Positions 14,885 through 28,610 of a stretch of 64,000 nucleotides of DNA are shown one piece after another. The stretch spans positions 806,001 to 870,000 of the forward strand of contig NOWV01000003.1 of NCBI GenBank assembly GCA_003344405.1, read 5' to 3'. The notes beneath the pieces were generated by a model that saw nothing but the letters and a program-made list of their open reading frames with translations, made no database searches and was not told where the DNA came from. The translations under genes were made by a program, and so were the position numbers. The stretch is from Trichoplax sp. H2. Its lineage: Eukaryota. The stretch's first letter is position 1. Every line of letters begins with the position of its first letter.

Positions 14885-17531
14885 AAAATTACTTAAATTT
14901 TTACTAAAATGATGCACATCTATTAGACATAAATAAAAGTATAGAAATTTCAACTGAATTTGACTGAGAAAATACAATATCGTTAATGAGAGTAACCTGC
15001 TTTCTTTCAAAATCTTGTTATTACCATTACATTGCTTCCATAAGCAGCGTAATGTGTTTCAAAGATATACCAATACACTGTAAATACATGAACACCAATA
15101 GTAGTATTAATATTTGAAACAGGTAACAGGTAAAATATTAAATCGTAACATATTCGACATATACTCAGCCGAAATAAGTTAATTATTAGTAAATTTATTT
15201 ATATGCGCAGATAATGAATAAATCGCGAAGGTTATGTGGATAAGCAGTTAGTTTATGAGCATTCGTAGCAATAGTCAAATTGTCATTTTTCAACAAAATG
15301 CAAATCGTTACAACAGAAAATACGATTTTAGTTATTAATTTAAATTATGCAATTCTATTCTAATACTACACTTGGATCCAATACCTATTATTATAGATGA
15401 TAAAATAGGTCACTAATATTCTACATTTCATTTAGAAAGTACTCTAGCTATGTATTAAATTTCATATTTCTGCATTAGTATATCATCACGTGTATAAATA
15501 AGTTGATTATTCTATCTAATCATGTTTATTTATCATAAAACAAGCTTAGCTGGTTGCTGCATCACTGCATAGTCAACTCTAGTCCTTAGCTTATACCCGC
15601 AGAGGTAACTCTATCCATGTAATAAGTTATATCCAATTACCGCATCATAACACGATGTTACGTTACAGAAGTAAAGAATGGTAACAATTAATTACAGATC
15701 ATACTTTCTAATTTATGTAATAGCCGCAAATACAAGTAAATCGATTTCAATTACGATATTGTTAGAGACTCATCTGTCTCCATATGCATCCAGCTGTGAT
15801 AATTCCGTCGACGCCGTAATCGGACGGTTCTCTGCTAATGTTTTATTTTCTTAATCTAAATATTATATATCGATCCTGGCTGTGATTACAAGTAAGAATG
15901 ATACATTTTCTTTCCCATGCTCGAGACAAATAGAACTTGTATATAAACTAACAACTTTAACCTTTAATGCAATAAGTTATAGATCTATTTAACTTATTTT
16001 ACGTCAGAATGATGTCATTTTAGTTCTCTTGTAATAATAATTCTATGATTGTAATTGGTAATATTGACTTCAAATCCTAATTAATGGTATCAATTTTTGA
16101 GTATGTACTTTTGTATTTTTTATTATTTTATTGGTCATGATATAGCATATTTACTTGAGATCAATAATAGTCAAAAGACAAGATATCTTGAGTCATACAC
16201 TATACGTATACGATTTTATAATCATTAGTACTATTTCATAATTAAATTTAGATATACTGTATTTCGAGGTAAAAAATTTGAAGTCATAGAGCTACATTTA
16301 AAAATAAATGTTTAATGTTTTATTAGTAGAATTAACCAAAAATATCTCCCTAGAAATAAAATTATTTACCAGAAAGACGATAGAATGGTATTTTCGGAAA
16401 TAGTCAAGATATTGTCAGATATAATAAGGAAATTCCCATATGCTTTTATCGCGCAGGGGGTCCCTAACTGATCTGATTAGTAAGATCTGAAGTTGTCTCT
16501 AAATTAAACGAAATGCAGATATGAAAGATAGCTATTTCGAGCAATTTTTAACTATAAAAGCTAACCGATTTAAATTTGATTGCTTTAGTAAAGGTAAAAT
16601 GAAATTAAAAGAAGAGATAACTAACCAACATAACAGTTTTAACTCTGCTCATAATCTACATGTACGAAAATAGATGCAAGTATAATTTACAAAAAATATC
16701 TGCTTATTTTGTCTGATTCTGTCCTTGCAATTTTTATAATACTACTTAATCTTCAGCTTTTCACTATTACGGGATATAATTTGTGCGCATATTTTATTGA
16801 TTACCACGCCCGTTCAGCAACTACAACATAAAATCTGTTGTCTGATATTACAATGTAGTTTAGATGATGAGATTAATATTTTAATGTTTTCTTTATGCAA
16901 AACTAAATATTTTAATAAATTAGATGGTTAAAACTCTGGTCACGAAATTATCAAGAAAGTACTGCAATTTATGTTTTGAGAAATAATCGGTAGTATATAA
17001 AAATTCAAGTAGCGTTGTTAAATTGATTTAAAATAAATAGACAAGTGAGCAAGGAGGGGGGCGATCATCGTGTCGCGTCGATGTTAATGCGGCTATGTTA
17101 TTAATATTGACCGTCTGGAATGTGACCGAAGATAAATATATCAACAAGCGACATTAAAGTAGACTGTCCCTAACGTAACTATTCTGTTTATACTACATTA
17201 ATAGGGTAATAATATTATTAATTAACATTCAGTAAATTAGCCACGAATGGGATTTATCTCATTTCTATACCCGTTATTATTGTTAGGAGATGGCGCTACC
17301 TCCTACGGCATGTTATTAATTACTGCAGTATAAATCCAATCAGATAAGCTGAAAAGCCTTTTTATGCCAGTACCTATCCAGCCATAACTATCATACGCGT
17401 ATATCGAAGTATAACTTATAAAAGTTACGTGATATTTGGTTCCAACAGTCACTTGATTACTTATTGTAACCAATAAGAAAAGATCATTTAATTAAAATAC
17501 ACTCAAGACTACTGAGTTGAAAAGGGAAAAA

Positions 17532-20238
17532 ATGAAGATCATTCGTGTTTCATTATGGCTTCCATTACTGACTGTTCTTGGGCTAAGTGATCATATTAGT
17601 GCTATGTTTCATGGTGGTGACATTATCCATGACGGACAGTCTAATTCGGCTAATACAGACATGGTGCATAGAGTGACACCTGTCAGACAGCCAACAAAGG
17701 TTAGTAAGTTAAAAGGCAATAACTTATCGATATTTACTATTCATCTACGGTATGACTATTAATCATCTAGGTTGTATCGTCAAGCTTATTGGAATATTGA
17801 TTCTACCTAAAATATTAGTGTTGAATAAGTTGTTCTCGTTATTTATGAGAAGATTTTACCGATTTCTTAATATCCATTCAATTTTACATGCTAACCACAG
17901 ATGATTCTTGATTGAAATGATATTATTTTAAATCGATATCGATATCATTAAAAAGTATATAATTTATCTTGATGTTTTCATAGGTAGTACACGATGTAAA
18001 AATTCGATCAGCAGACAAAGTTTACCTCTACAGCAAGATTAATTCTTGTACCAGGCCTAATGCTAGTGTACTGGCTACTTGTGGTATCGACTATCGGGTG
18101 CCAACTACTGTATTATTTCATAATATACTGCAAGTGAAGAATTATTTAGCCCAGATGGCCCGCCGGAATATGATTGTCTACAATAGCAAGTGCGCTTCTA
18201 TTGTTACGAAAATCAAATGCAAAACATTGCTACCAAGATGTTCCGAGGATTATACGACAGTTTATTTAAACGACATACAGGAAGAATGTAATCAAGCCGC
18301 GATATGGTGTCAAAATGCCACTAATTTCCCCCACGTTAATATTTGCAAACAGAATCGTAGTGTTTATAGCTTTAATCAATGTATTAAACCGCCATTATCT
18401 TTCGATAATCCATCACTATGCAATCAACCTATGCTACCGTCTTATAGTACCATTCCACAATGGCTGCTACCAAATCTAAAGCAAAGTTCATCAAGATTAA
18501 ATGAGAATTTACGACTCTTATTATCTTTAAATGGTGCCAAAAATGGATGTATTGACAAAACTATTATGACGATGTGCCAATCCATTCCACATTGCTCTAC
18601 CGACGGTACCCATTTATTAACAACCCTATCTGAGAATCAATGCGAAGCAACAGTTAAGTGGTAAGTAATCGCTATTAGATATCGCACTTATAAATGATGA
18701 CAACTGTGTTGTTTCCTAGCTCGTCATGATTGATTATAATATTAAATTGCCCATATCAGAGCCATTTATACCGTTTGTAAGTAATTAGTTTTCATTGATA
18801 GTTACTTCAAACAATATTGTTTGAGTTTGTCAAGGCAATCGATAAAATTGTCTGATACCTAATAAGGCGAGATATAGAAAGCGATTTTTAGCTAAAACAT
18901 ATGTCTAACAAGTATTAATTAATGGCTTGTAAGAGTTATGTAATCATAGCTGACTGCAGTCTTATTAGAATATTAATTTGAAACTGCGAAACCGACTAAT
19001 ACTATAGAAAAATTCATTGACTTGCTACCTTATTGAGAATCCTAATCTGGAACTCTTCAGAACTGTATGGGATGGTCGATTAATTGATTGATAGCTTATC
19101 TACCATTAGAATTTTTAATAATTTTAAAAGAAAATCTTTTCTAAATACCCGATTGTTGGGCTATGTAACTCAGAGTCTATAGTCGAATCCTTCCTTAGTG
19201 TAAAATATGAGTACTTAATAAATAGTTTTGTTGATCGTTTAGTCGCGAAATACTTTTTGATCTTACACGAATTAAAATTTGTAGGTTTTTTTAAGTTTCA
19301 CTAAATCGTTTCGTTTTCATATTAACAAGAAGCTGATCTAGCATAAAAGCAAATCGTATAGGGTTATAAATCCTACGTACTGATAGGCGAATTCTCTTGT
19401 TAATTCTGATAGTTTACTTGAGATTACATTCTCAAATAGAATTAACTATTGCTATATAATTTTGAAATGGGAGAAACATCAGTAACTTTCAGTCGTTATA
19501 TTCCTCATAACCAGCGATTATAGTTCCTTGTTGCTTATGATTCGCTAAAGAAAATTCTGATTATTTTTTCTGCAGCATAATTACCACATCATTAACTAAT
19601 GTTAGATTTCTTTTATTTGGTCTGCAATAATCGTACAGTAATAATAAGCAACCACAACTGAATATACTCTAATTAATATAAAATTAACTTTATAGATTAA
19701 AAACTTGTTCATAATCATGTCACCAATAGAAATAGATCGATCTTGCATACTTGTTTTCCGTAAATTTTAGAATTCATATACGTAAATTGTTCATGCTAAT
19801 CGCAGTGATTAATCACTTCGATGTACGATTTTACAATTGAATGTTAATGTTAGATTTTGACGAAATTCTTATTATATTTAAATTCTTAGCCTGCCGAAAC
19901 AATCTAGAACAGTGGTGGATGTCATGATGAGTTGTAAAGTTTTTTCCAATGTCAATGTTAATACAACACTTATCTCTACAAGTCAGTTCGCAACAACAAT
20001 AAAAGCTACAACCTCGACAATTTCAACAACTCTTACTACAGTTGCTAGCACTGCTATTCCTTCTAAAGTGGCTAATACCGCTGTAGAAATTATTACGCCA
20101 GGAGTAGGTGCCAACAATATGGTTTCAGGATCGTATTCTACATCAAGTAATGGTTCATACAACGTTAGATCGTCTCCTATATTTAGTTTTATCGTAGCTA
20201 TTTCGATTTCCATTTTAATGTGCCATAGATTACTATAA
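17532..20238 (+). CDS. Secreted, probably GPI-anchored protein with two Frizzled-like cysteine-rich domains; exons 17532-17699, 17984-18660, 19890-20238
   Basis: Signal peptide MKIIRVSLWLPLLTVLGLS, two 8-Cys repeats (CASIVTKIKCKTLLPRC...CNQAAIWC; CIDKTIMTMCQSIPHC...CEATVKC), Ser/Thr-rich stalk, hydrophobic C-terminus IFSFIVAISISILMCHRLL*. GT-AG joins keep the frame. Confidence 0.75.
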
Positions 20239-21118
20239 ATGAAAGGAGTTTGATTCTATTGTAAGGTATGAATTATTGTGATATAAACATTCGTGAACGA
20301 ATTTGAATATTCGTTGAATTTATGTAGGGTGGCACGATATTATGATACTCATGGTGCCAGCATTAAATATCTCCTCTTTTCATAATAGAATGGTGCAACA
20401 TTATTTGATAAGAGCTTGACAGTAACAATTCGTGATATTTGGTTATTATTCTAGAGTTGTTAGAATTAATAATGCTAACACAAGTGCCATTTTCTAAATA
20501 CAGTACCAGTACCTGTTAATCACCATAATTTTATTCGCAACTTTCATTTTTCTGTATAACGATGCAATCAATTTAGATGTAGAAATATTATGTTGTAACT
20601 CCATTTTATAAATTATCCTTAATTAATTATATCCTTATCTGTAATCTACTTACTCATGTTCATTGTATTGTTTTCAAGTTGAGATAGAAATACTGTAATT
20701 ATACAATTTTAATATAGGCTACTATCAGGTGGTTCTCAATCGTAAACAACGTTTTCTTATGCATTTAAACTTATCCAATGTTGTTTACAATGTTTCTTTT
20801 CGGTCTATTCAGCTTTATAAAGGCGTAATTTTAAAATTCGCCCTTGCATTTTGTCGATATTGTTTTTATAACTGGTTATCTTCGATTACTTTATGGAATA
20901 CTTCATGACTAATGCACAGGTGAAATAAAATTATAATAAATGTATATGCATTGATTTTATATAGTCAAGATAGAAGCTATCTTTTTGTAGATATAACATT
21001 TAGATCAAAAAATATGTATTCGGCCTAGATTAAGGTGTGCGTAGTAGAAAAGTAATACTGACTGATTTCAATATAATTTGCGAAGAGATTGCGGAGGTAT
21101 ATAAAGTGATAAAGTTAG

Positions 21119-23806
21119 CTATATTTTTTTGGCGCATATCCATACATTATCCTCATCCGTAGGGAAATGCCATGATTGGTCATTAGTTTGGACTACTGTA
21201 TCGTAAACAGGACAGTTCTGTAATAAAAAATAAAGGTAGAAATAATTACATTAAAATATCACATCAATTAAGCTAATTGAATAGCATAGCTCTTTGATTA
21301 TGTTGTAAGTTTTACTTGCCGTCAAGATAAGTTTCTTTCCTTTTCGGAAGCGTTCAACGCGAACTTGGTGTCCGCGCAACCATTGCAAAAAGTCTTTCAA
21401 GAGCGTCAGACTGAAGCCCTTCTTAAAATCTCGAAATTGATCATCTGATATTAACTTAACATTCATTCCACCATGTACGGCGGCATATAAAAAGTACACA
21501 TCATCGCTATGGCTGTCCAAGAACAGAGAAATCAAAATTCATTTATAGATTATAAGATATTGTTAAAATCGCATTATTGAGCATTAACTAAATATAGCAT
21601 AAGAGTACATTAAACGATTATTTTTGAATTCATCAGGCAGATATAGTAATCTTTAATAAAATATATAACTGAATATCTATTGCATACTTGTTTGGACACA
21701 AGAATACTCGGCAACTGGAAAAGATACTATCAATCATGGCTTTATACTTGGTAGACTTGTTTGACTCCTTTAAAAGATGAATTCTTGCAATTAGCAGTAT
21801 TTCTTTGCCGAGTGCCCTGTAATGTCGTATCACTTTCAGGATCTGTTAAACAACAAATTTCTAAATTTCAAACTTCACAGCATTTTATAATCCACTATAG
21901 TACCACTAATCAACAAAAGCTGGTGAAGTTATTAGAAAACTAAACTATCTTGTTTTTCCTTGAGTACTTTTTATTCCTCGTAACAATTAGAATAGACATG
22001 TTTCACAAATTACCTTCAAAGGATCAAAAGAATCACGACCATGGGCTATGTTTAGTCCATCAATAACGATATCTACTTTACGAGTAGGATGGAGCCATTG
22101 ACAGAAATCTTTGAAAGGATCTTGACTATGTTTTACGAGCACCTTCTGATCAGGGGAGCCGTAAGCAATTTTACCGCTATAATCTGACATTATTGCATTA
22201 CTGTCACCCTTATATTTCTTAAAGATTTCACCACTGGATATTGATTGCGATATAACTTCTCGCAAGCGTTCTTGTCGGTCGGATGTTAGTTCGATAGATT
22301 CTAGTTGCGCTTTGCAAGATTTGCAGTAACCACTAAATGTCAACAATAGATATGATCAGTACAACAGTTGCAACAGTATCGATGTAAAATCGACTTGATT
22401 TTACGCCTATTAAGATGATAAAGTTAGTGCATCACTGTTTCATAATTGTGCATGTAAATCGACATGATAAAAATTTTACTACATTACTAAGTAAGGGTAT
22501 GCTATTACTGTATGTTACAGCAGCCAATCTGTCAATATTAAAATATTTCATAATAATAATAATTGTGCCAAACATTTTATTATTGTAAATTCTGATATAC
22601 TACATGTGAATAAATAAAAATATTTTAAAGTCAATCATTTAAGCAAACATTGCTATACCTGTGCGTAATCGCTGTATGTCTTATTTCCCAATTGCTCGTA
22701 GGATGACTAGAGAAGATAGATAATTTTAAAAAAGATTAAAGAAAGTAACAATTACTGTTTGCAAGTTCTAGTGATAGAGTGTTATAAGCTACACAAAAAA
22801 GTCTAATCTGATGTGATTCAAGTTGTCTGATGCTATTGCTTTTAATCACCTTCTAAACCATTTCAATATAGAAGGTTTGAGATGCGAACCTATACGCAAA
22901 CCTTCTCTCCGAAATATTTCATAGATATGTTGAGCTAATTTAAATATTTCTGTTGAATCTTGGCTAATTGAATTGCAAAAACAATATAAATGAACGAAAA
23001 ATTGAAGTACAATTTTTACATGCCATATTGTATGATCGATGTTATTATGACATCGAGCGGGATTTGTTTACTGACCTTCTTGCACACATTTCAATGATAT
23101 CACAATAGATATTATCATCAGGGAATAAATATAATTTATCTGGATTCTTGATTTCATTTAATAAGTCAAAGACTAGTTGATGTTGATTGTCTAATGCAGC
23201 TGCAGAAATTAATGGACTATAGTTTCGGGCTTTACCATATATACCTTTGGATTGCATTTCTCTGAGTAAGTTTAAAGCTGTTACCCAATTGTTCATTTTG
23301 GAATATCCACTTGCTAAAGTGCTATATGTCGTAGCATCAAAAGCTACATCTTGTAGTCTTATTTTTTTTTCACATTGAATCATTTTATCGAATAAGTTAT
23401 ACCTGATTACTAAATACAGATACGAATTAAACGTACCGATATCTAGAGTGACCGATTGGTTAATAGATTGATCCATTAATTCAATAGCTTCATTAATAGT
23501 ATCCTGTTTACAACACCATGCCATTCGCTTACGGTAGTAATGAGGTTTAGTATCGTCATCAGGATCGTACGGGATTTTCCATTTTTTCCGATGTAACTTT
23601 AAACAGTCGATCGTGAAGTTTTGTTTCGATTTTTTATTTATATTTTGATCGAATATCAATAAATGATGATCATAACGATGAGACCATAAATGGATGAACT
23701 GAGATGTTGTAGCGATAATACGTTGTGGATAAAGAGAAGGCGAAGACCGAAGAATTGAGTATCGCCGCGTAGCATAATTTAGGTAATATAATCCACGAGC
23801 ATTCAT
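21119..23806 (-). CDS. PRORP: Mitochondrial protein-only RNase P catalytic subunit (PPR + NYN domain)
   Basis: Presequence-like N-terminus, PPR repeats (TFNSYL, TYSTLASGY, RNYSPLISAA), zinc knuckle GYCKSC, NYN motifs IVIDGLNI, DDVYFLYAA, ISDDQFRD, C-terminal YDTVVQTNDQSWHFP...WICAKKI*. Confidence 0.92.
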
Positions 23807-24387
23807 AATTTGAATGTTGATATTCTTCTAAAGTGGTTGCAATGGAAAAGCAGGCAATTAACGAAAGGCCAACTTGTAGTGCTGGAACAAAAATAGGTTC
23901 TTGAATAAACTAGCAACAAGTTGTCAAGTGTAATTTCCACGATTATTCTAAAATAATTGTACACGTACACATATACACGCCTGTGTGCATCGATGATATT
24001 TCTATCTACTGATGCTACTGCACATTAGTGTACAACGAACCGTATAAAACAATAACACAAAGACCTTGCCATACTACCGATCATTACTGTTGGATATTTT
24101 TGAAATTTATGCACAATAAATAGATTCTTGTTTATTCGTCTGTTTTGCCGATTTAACTGCTATTGCTGCCAAAGTCGTGGTTCGTGGCTTTAAGTATGGA
24201 AAGGCTTTATTGACAAGCAAATCAGATACTTCGTGATGATAACAAAATTGCAGTAATATTAGAGCAGAGTTTCCAGGGTGATTCTAGCTCCAGCTATCAC
24301 CATCACATCACCATGTGTAGCTATTCATACCTGAGCAATTTTTGTATTAGAATTTTGTGACAGATTTTCATCCGCTAATCCCCAATA

Positions 24388-24570
24388 TACTGTACAGTAC
24401 TGTACTGTACTGTAATGTAATGTAGTGTCTGCTTCAAGGTGCCGTATGCATATTTACAAATTGTACAGTACAGTATGGTGTTTTAAAATTAAGCTCAAAA
24501 AGGCGCCAGAGTTCAGGATCTACAGTACAGTACAGTACTGTACACTGTACTATACTGTACTGTACATTGT
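24388..24570. repeat. CAGTA/CTGTA arrays in the PRORP-MAP10 divergent promoter region
   Basis: TACTGTACAGTACTGTACTGTACTGTA from 24388 and TACAGTACAGTACAGTACTGTACACTGTACTATACTGTACTGTA from 24521. Confidence 0.9.
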
Positions 24571-24679
24571 GCTATTTACAATATTATGTGGAACTAGCAT
24601 ACCGGCAACGACTAAACTCCATGGTTACAATCTTGAATTGAGCACAGGAAGGTGAAATTCATTGCAACGATTATTTTGG

Positions 24680-24759
24680 ACATTATAAGAGTAAGATGAG
24701 CATTAGTTGTCTTAGTTACATTATAAAAGTAAGATGAGCATTATTTGTCTTAGTTACAT
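24680..24759. repeat. 38-bp tandem duplication
   Basis: ACATTATAA(G/A)AGTAAGATGAGCATTA(G/T)TTGTCTTAGTT twice, with two mismatches. Confidence 0.9.
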
Positions 24760-26065
24760 GTAGCTCTTTATCAGGTAATAGCATGAGTGAAGCGTATTGT
24801 ATTCAAGAAAAAAAACAACTACGAGTAAATTAGTTGATTTGTCGATCCAAATAGCCCTAACCACTGCACGTACTGTCATAACACTGATCAAAGATACAAT
24901 TTATCACTGGTGATACAGCTCCAGAAGTACGGTAGTTTATTCATAATACATATAGTAGAATATAACATTATCATTAATGAAACATAATTCTATAATATAT
25001 CACAATGATGATATTTAAGTCTCAAGTTGCCGTAAAAGCACATTATGAAGTAAAGTATTGTTACGGTGTTGCCTTGCCGTTAGGATAGTTTAATAAGTAC
25101 AGTAGTGCTGTAGCTAATATGGAAAATATCCATATTTGTAGATAAGTAATGCTTTAACGTGGATGTTGTTTCTGATAGTTCATTACATAGTTGATATTGA
25201 TTGCTATTGTGTGATAGATAGTAGTAACATCATTCAAGTTCTAGTTGATGTTAGTTGAATTAGACGACCTACTGACGTGCTTAGATTAAGATTACTGTAA
25301 GTATGTGTAAGAGATTCGAAACATTTAATGATAGAAAAGCTATATAAGGAACATATCAGTTCGAGATGTTTCTCCTAGTGAAATAATAGTAATAATAATA
25401 CTGTTGTTGTTTACAAATTAGACGTTTCCTATATAGATGGGAATATTTGAGTTGAGTGGTATGGTGAAAAGTTGAGATGTATCTTTGCTAATAAAAGTTT
25501 TATCTTTACCGTAATTTGCTGTGTGTGCTTAACGTTAAGTAAATGGGCGTTTAAGTCAGTAGCTACTTATAATAAACTTTTACTGTACGTTACCTTATTG
25601 CAGAGTTGAAATTGTGACAAATATGGTATAATACAGTAAGTCCACGAATTTAAAAAAATTAAATATACTGTATTTAGATTATCTGGTGATGTATATATAT
25701 ACACTAGCAATAGCTTGATCGTAGTGTCTACATCAAAATAATCATGCACGCATGTAATCAATTCTTTTAAATCGCTTATACTGTACATTAAGTTGTAATA
25801 CTTTAATATTTTTAGGGAATATCTTGTAGCGAATTTTATTTCTATCGATATTGCAATTGTTTTGAAGAAATGGACGACTGAAATACGTATACAAGTACAA
25901 GCTTACAGAGCAGAATTTTACCCTCCAGAATATTTTCTCTGGAAGATTGGTTGCTATGGTCTGGGATTTGATTTTGCAATTCAAGCACGAGCCCATAGGT
26001 GGTAATTTCAAAAACGCTATTATTATCCTGGATAATATCGTACACCAGGTTACATTTAGTACGTC

Positions 26066-28610
26066 ATGATGGAGGAAAGCTTATTTTCCTTAGAAATATT
26101 AATAGATTGTATCGAAAATCTACAAGTCCATTGTGCTTTGCCGGCTATATCCTTTCGATTTCTTGATTTTCCAATTAACACCATTTACCAACTTGATCCT
26201 CAAGCTGTTGACGAATTAAAGCAACAATATTCATCAGATCAACTAAATTCATCATTTCTACCACGAGATATTGAACAAAAAGTTCGAAATTACGATGGTA
26301 GCTACACCATCAATCGAGGTAAATCGTGCTTATTTAAAATGAATTTAAAAGATTTACGTGAGTATTTATCCAGCACACCTTTATGTCTCATGATCATTGA
26401 TGTTTGGCAAAAAGTTCCGAAATTGGTTGGTAGCATTTTGATATCACTAAATCATTGCATGGAAAAGATCTATGCCAAAACTAGTAGATTGGATATTAAT
26501 ATCCCAGTTATTATAGGAGAGAAAGGTACTTTTCCAATACATAATCTAATGGGAGCTAAAATAGGAATGATGTCGTTAAAGTACAAACTATTAAGTATGG
26601 GGCAATCTCTACTACCTCATGTTACTGATAATCTGTCAACTGTAAATCAACAACAGCAGTCTCTACTTCAAGCGGAAGTAAGTAAAACTGTAAATGCTTT
26701 AATAAATGGACCTAATGATGAGCATGATAAAGAGCAAAGCCTACCTGTCAAGTCATCGAAAAAAACTGTCGAAACGCAGACTGAAGTTAAGAAATCAAAA
26801 CTCAGAAAAGAAAATGAATTACTCTTATACAAAGAATTTACTCAAGAAGATAGAAATATTCCACAAAATATATCCGCAAATATATTTTGTCCGGTACCGT
26901 TATATTATAATAGTTTATCTGATGATCAAGGATTAAAAGTAGGGACTTGCAGATATCAAGGTTCTGAGAGTTCCGACGGCAGTGATTATGTCCCTGAAAT
27001 TTTAGAGGTAGATACTTCGCCGGATTCTATTAAATCCCAGATGCATAAATTTCAAAATCAAGACAAAACTATTCCGGTCAAGGGCACTGATTCCCGACAA
27101 GTGCATTCACGAAGTTTATCTGTTTCTTCTAAGGCTCAACTTAGGAGCAAACTTAATGAATTTCCAATATTGAATGCTCTATTAAGTGAAATTTTAGATC
27201 TTGTTAAAGAAGTTGATGTCGCCGACGATGAAGACAATTCAGAAACTAATTCCAGTTTGATTCCACATAGTTCCAATGAAACAAATGAAATAACTTTACA
27301 TCATAATAAGGACAAATACACTTCAAAAAAGGGTTCAACTTTGAAATTTCGATCTACTAAAACGCAGCGATTAAGATTTGCAAAAATAAAAGAAAAAAAA
27401 CGAGTTGACAAGATTTCAAACGATGTTGGCGATCGTATTGTAAATAATAATATAAAAGATGCAAAGGTTGATCCTAAGGCGCGTAGTGAATTGCATTCTA
27501 ATGTTATAGAAGAAATAAATACGGATAAAATGGACAGCTCTAACCTAAATAAAAATTACTCTAGCTCTGAAAATGGTGTAGATAATAATGCAACTGTATC
27601 ATTTACCGAAAATCATACCGGAAATTCAGGGAGATTACAACCCGAAAAGGATAATAGCACTATGGAGGAAGGAGACATTAATAACATAGAGGTATTATCA
27701 CGAAATGATCCTGGTTTTTCATCAGATTTTCAAGATGATGGAGTAAATTCAGTATCAAGTAAAAACTGGAATTCACTTCCTGATATGCATGGCCTTGTGA
27801 AAACAACTGAAACGGTAGAAGAACCAGATCTTCAATCATACCACGAATCATGTTCTCCTGTAGAAGGCCAGAGCTCATCCGATGTACAATGTGAAGAGCC
27901 GAACTTGAGGCCTTATAGTGATGCAAAATCGTTAGCATACTCATATGTCCAAGATTTTTTGAAAGCAGAAGAGAACAAAGAACCACCAGTAGCAAGGAAG
28001 GAAAGTTTAAATACGAGTAAACAAGTAGATAGCAAGAGTTCATCTGCTTCTGATTCCAAGCAACGAAGCTTATTGTCAGAACACGAAGATAGCTCGCACG
28101 GTGATCCCAGTCTAAGAAATAACGAGTAAGTAATTTTTAGATTATTTGGAATAGTTCTTTCTTTTCATACTATAAGTCGAGTATATTCAACCTATAATAA
28201 GTTGCTAGCTATAAAAATCATGTATGACATAAAAGCAAGATAGATGTAAAATAGTAAAAATTTAACAGCATAATACATACCGTAGTGTTTATGTAGACGA
28301 TCAGTCCGAGAATTCGTAGCCCACGAGTATAAACTTAGACTGGCAAATAATTAAATGTCAACTTCTGTATTGATGTTATAAATATATATTGTAAAAATGA
28401 GTGAACCAATGTACAATAGCACTTGTAGATAGCTGCGTGTACTGTAAATGCCGATAAAACTATTTTATTGCGATTCGGAGAGTTTATGATTTTGATTAAT
28501 GTATATTTTCTTTCTGTATTAAAAGTGGGGACAGATCAGGCGATGAATATTCACAAGATTTTGAGGAAGAAAGCTATCCTAGCGATTTTGAATCTTTCGA
28601 CGAGAATTAG
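26066..28610 (+). CDS. MAP10: Microtubule-associated protein 10 (KIAA1383-like); exons 26066-28125 and 28526-28610
   Basis: N-terminal ESLFSLEILID...PAISFRFLDFP...RGKSCLF...TPLCLM..LVGSILISL matches the MAP10 N-terminal domain. Long low-complexity tail; acidic last exon DEYSQDFEEESYPSDFESFDEN*. Confidence 0.85.

Noticed and set aside
24594..24630. RFX X-box upstream of MAP10 (GGCAAC, CCATGGTTAC)
   Set aside because: Only half-site matches; not distinguishable from chance.
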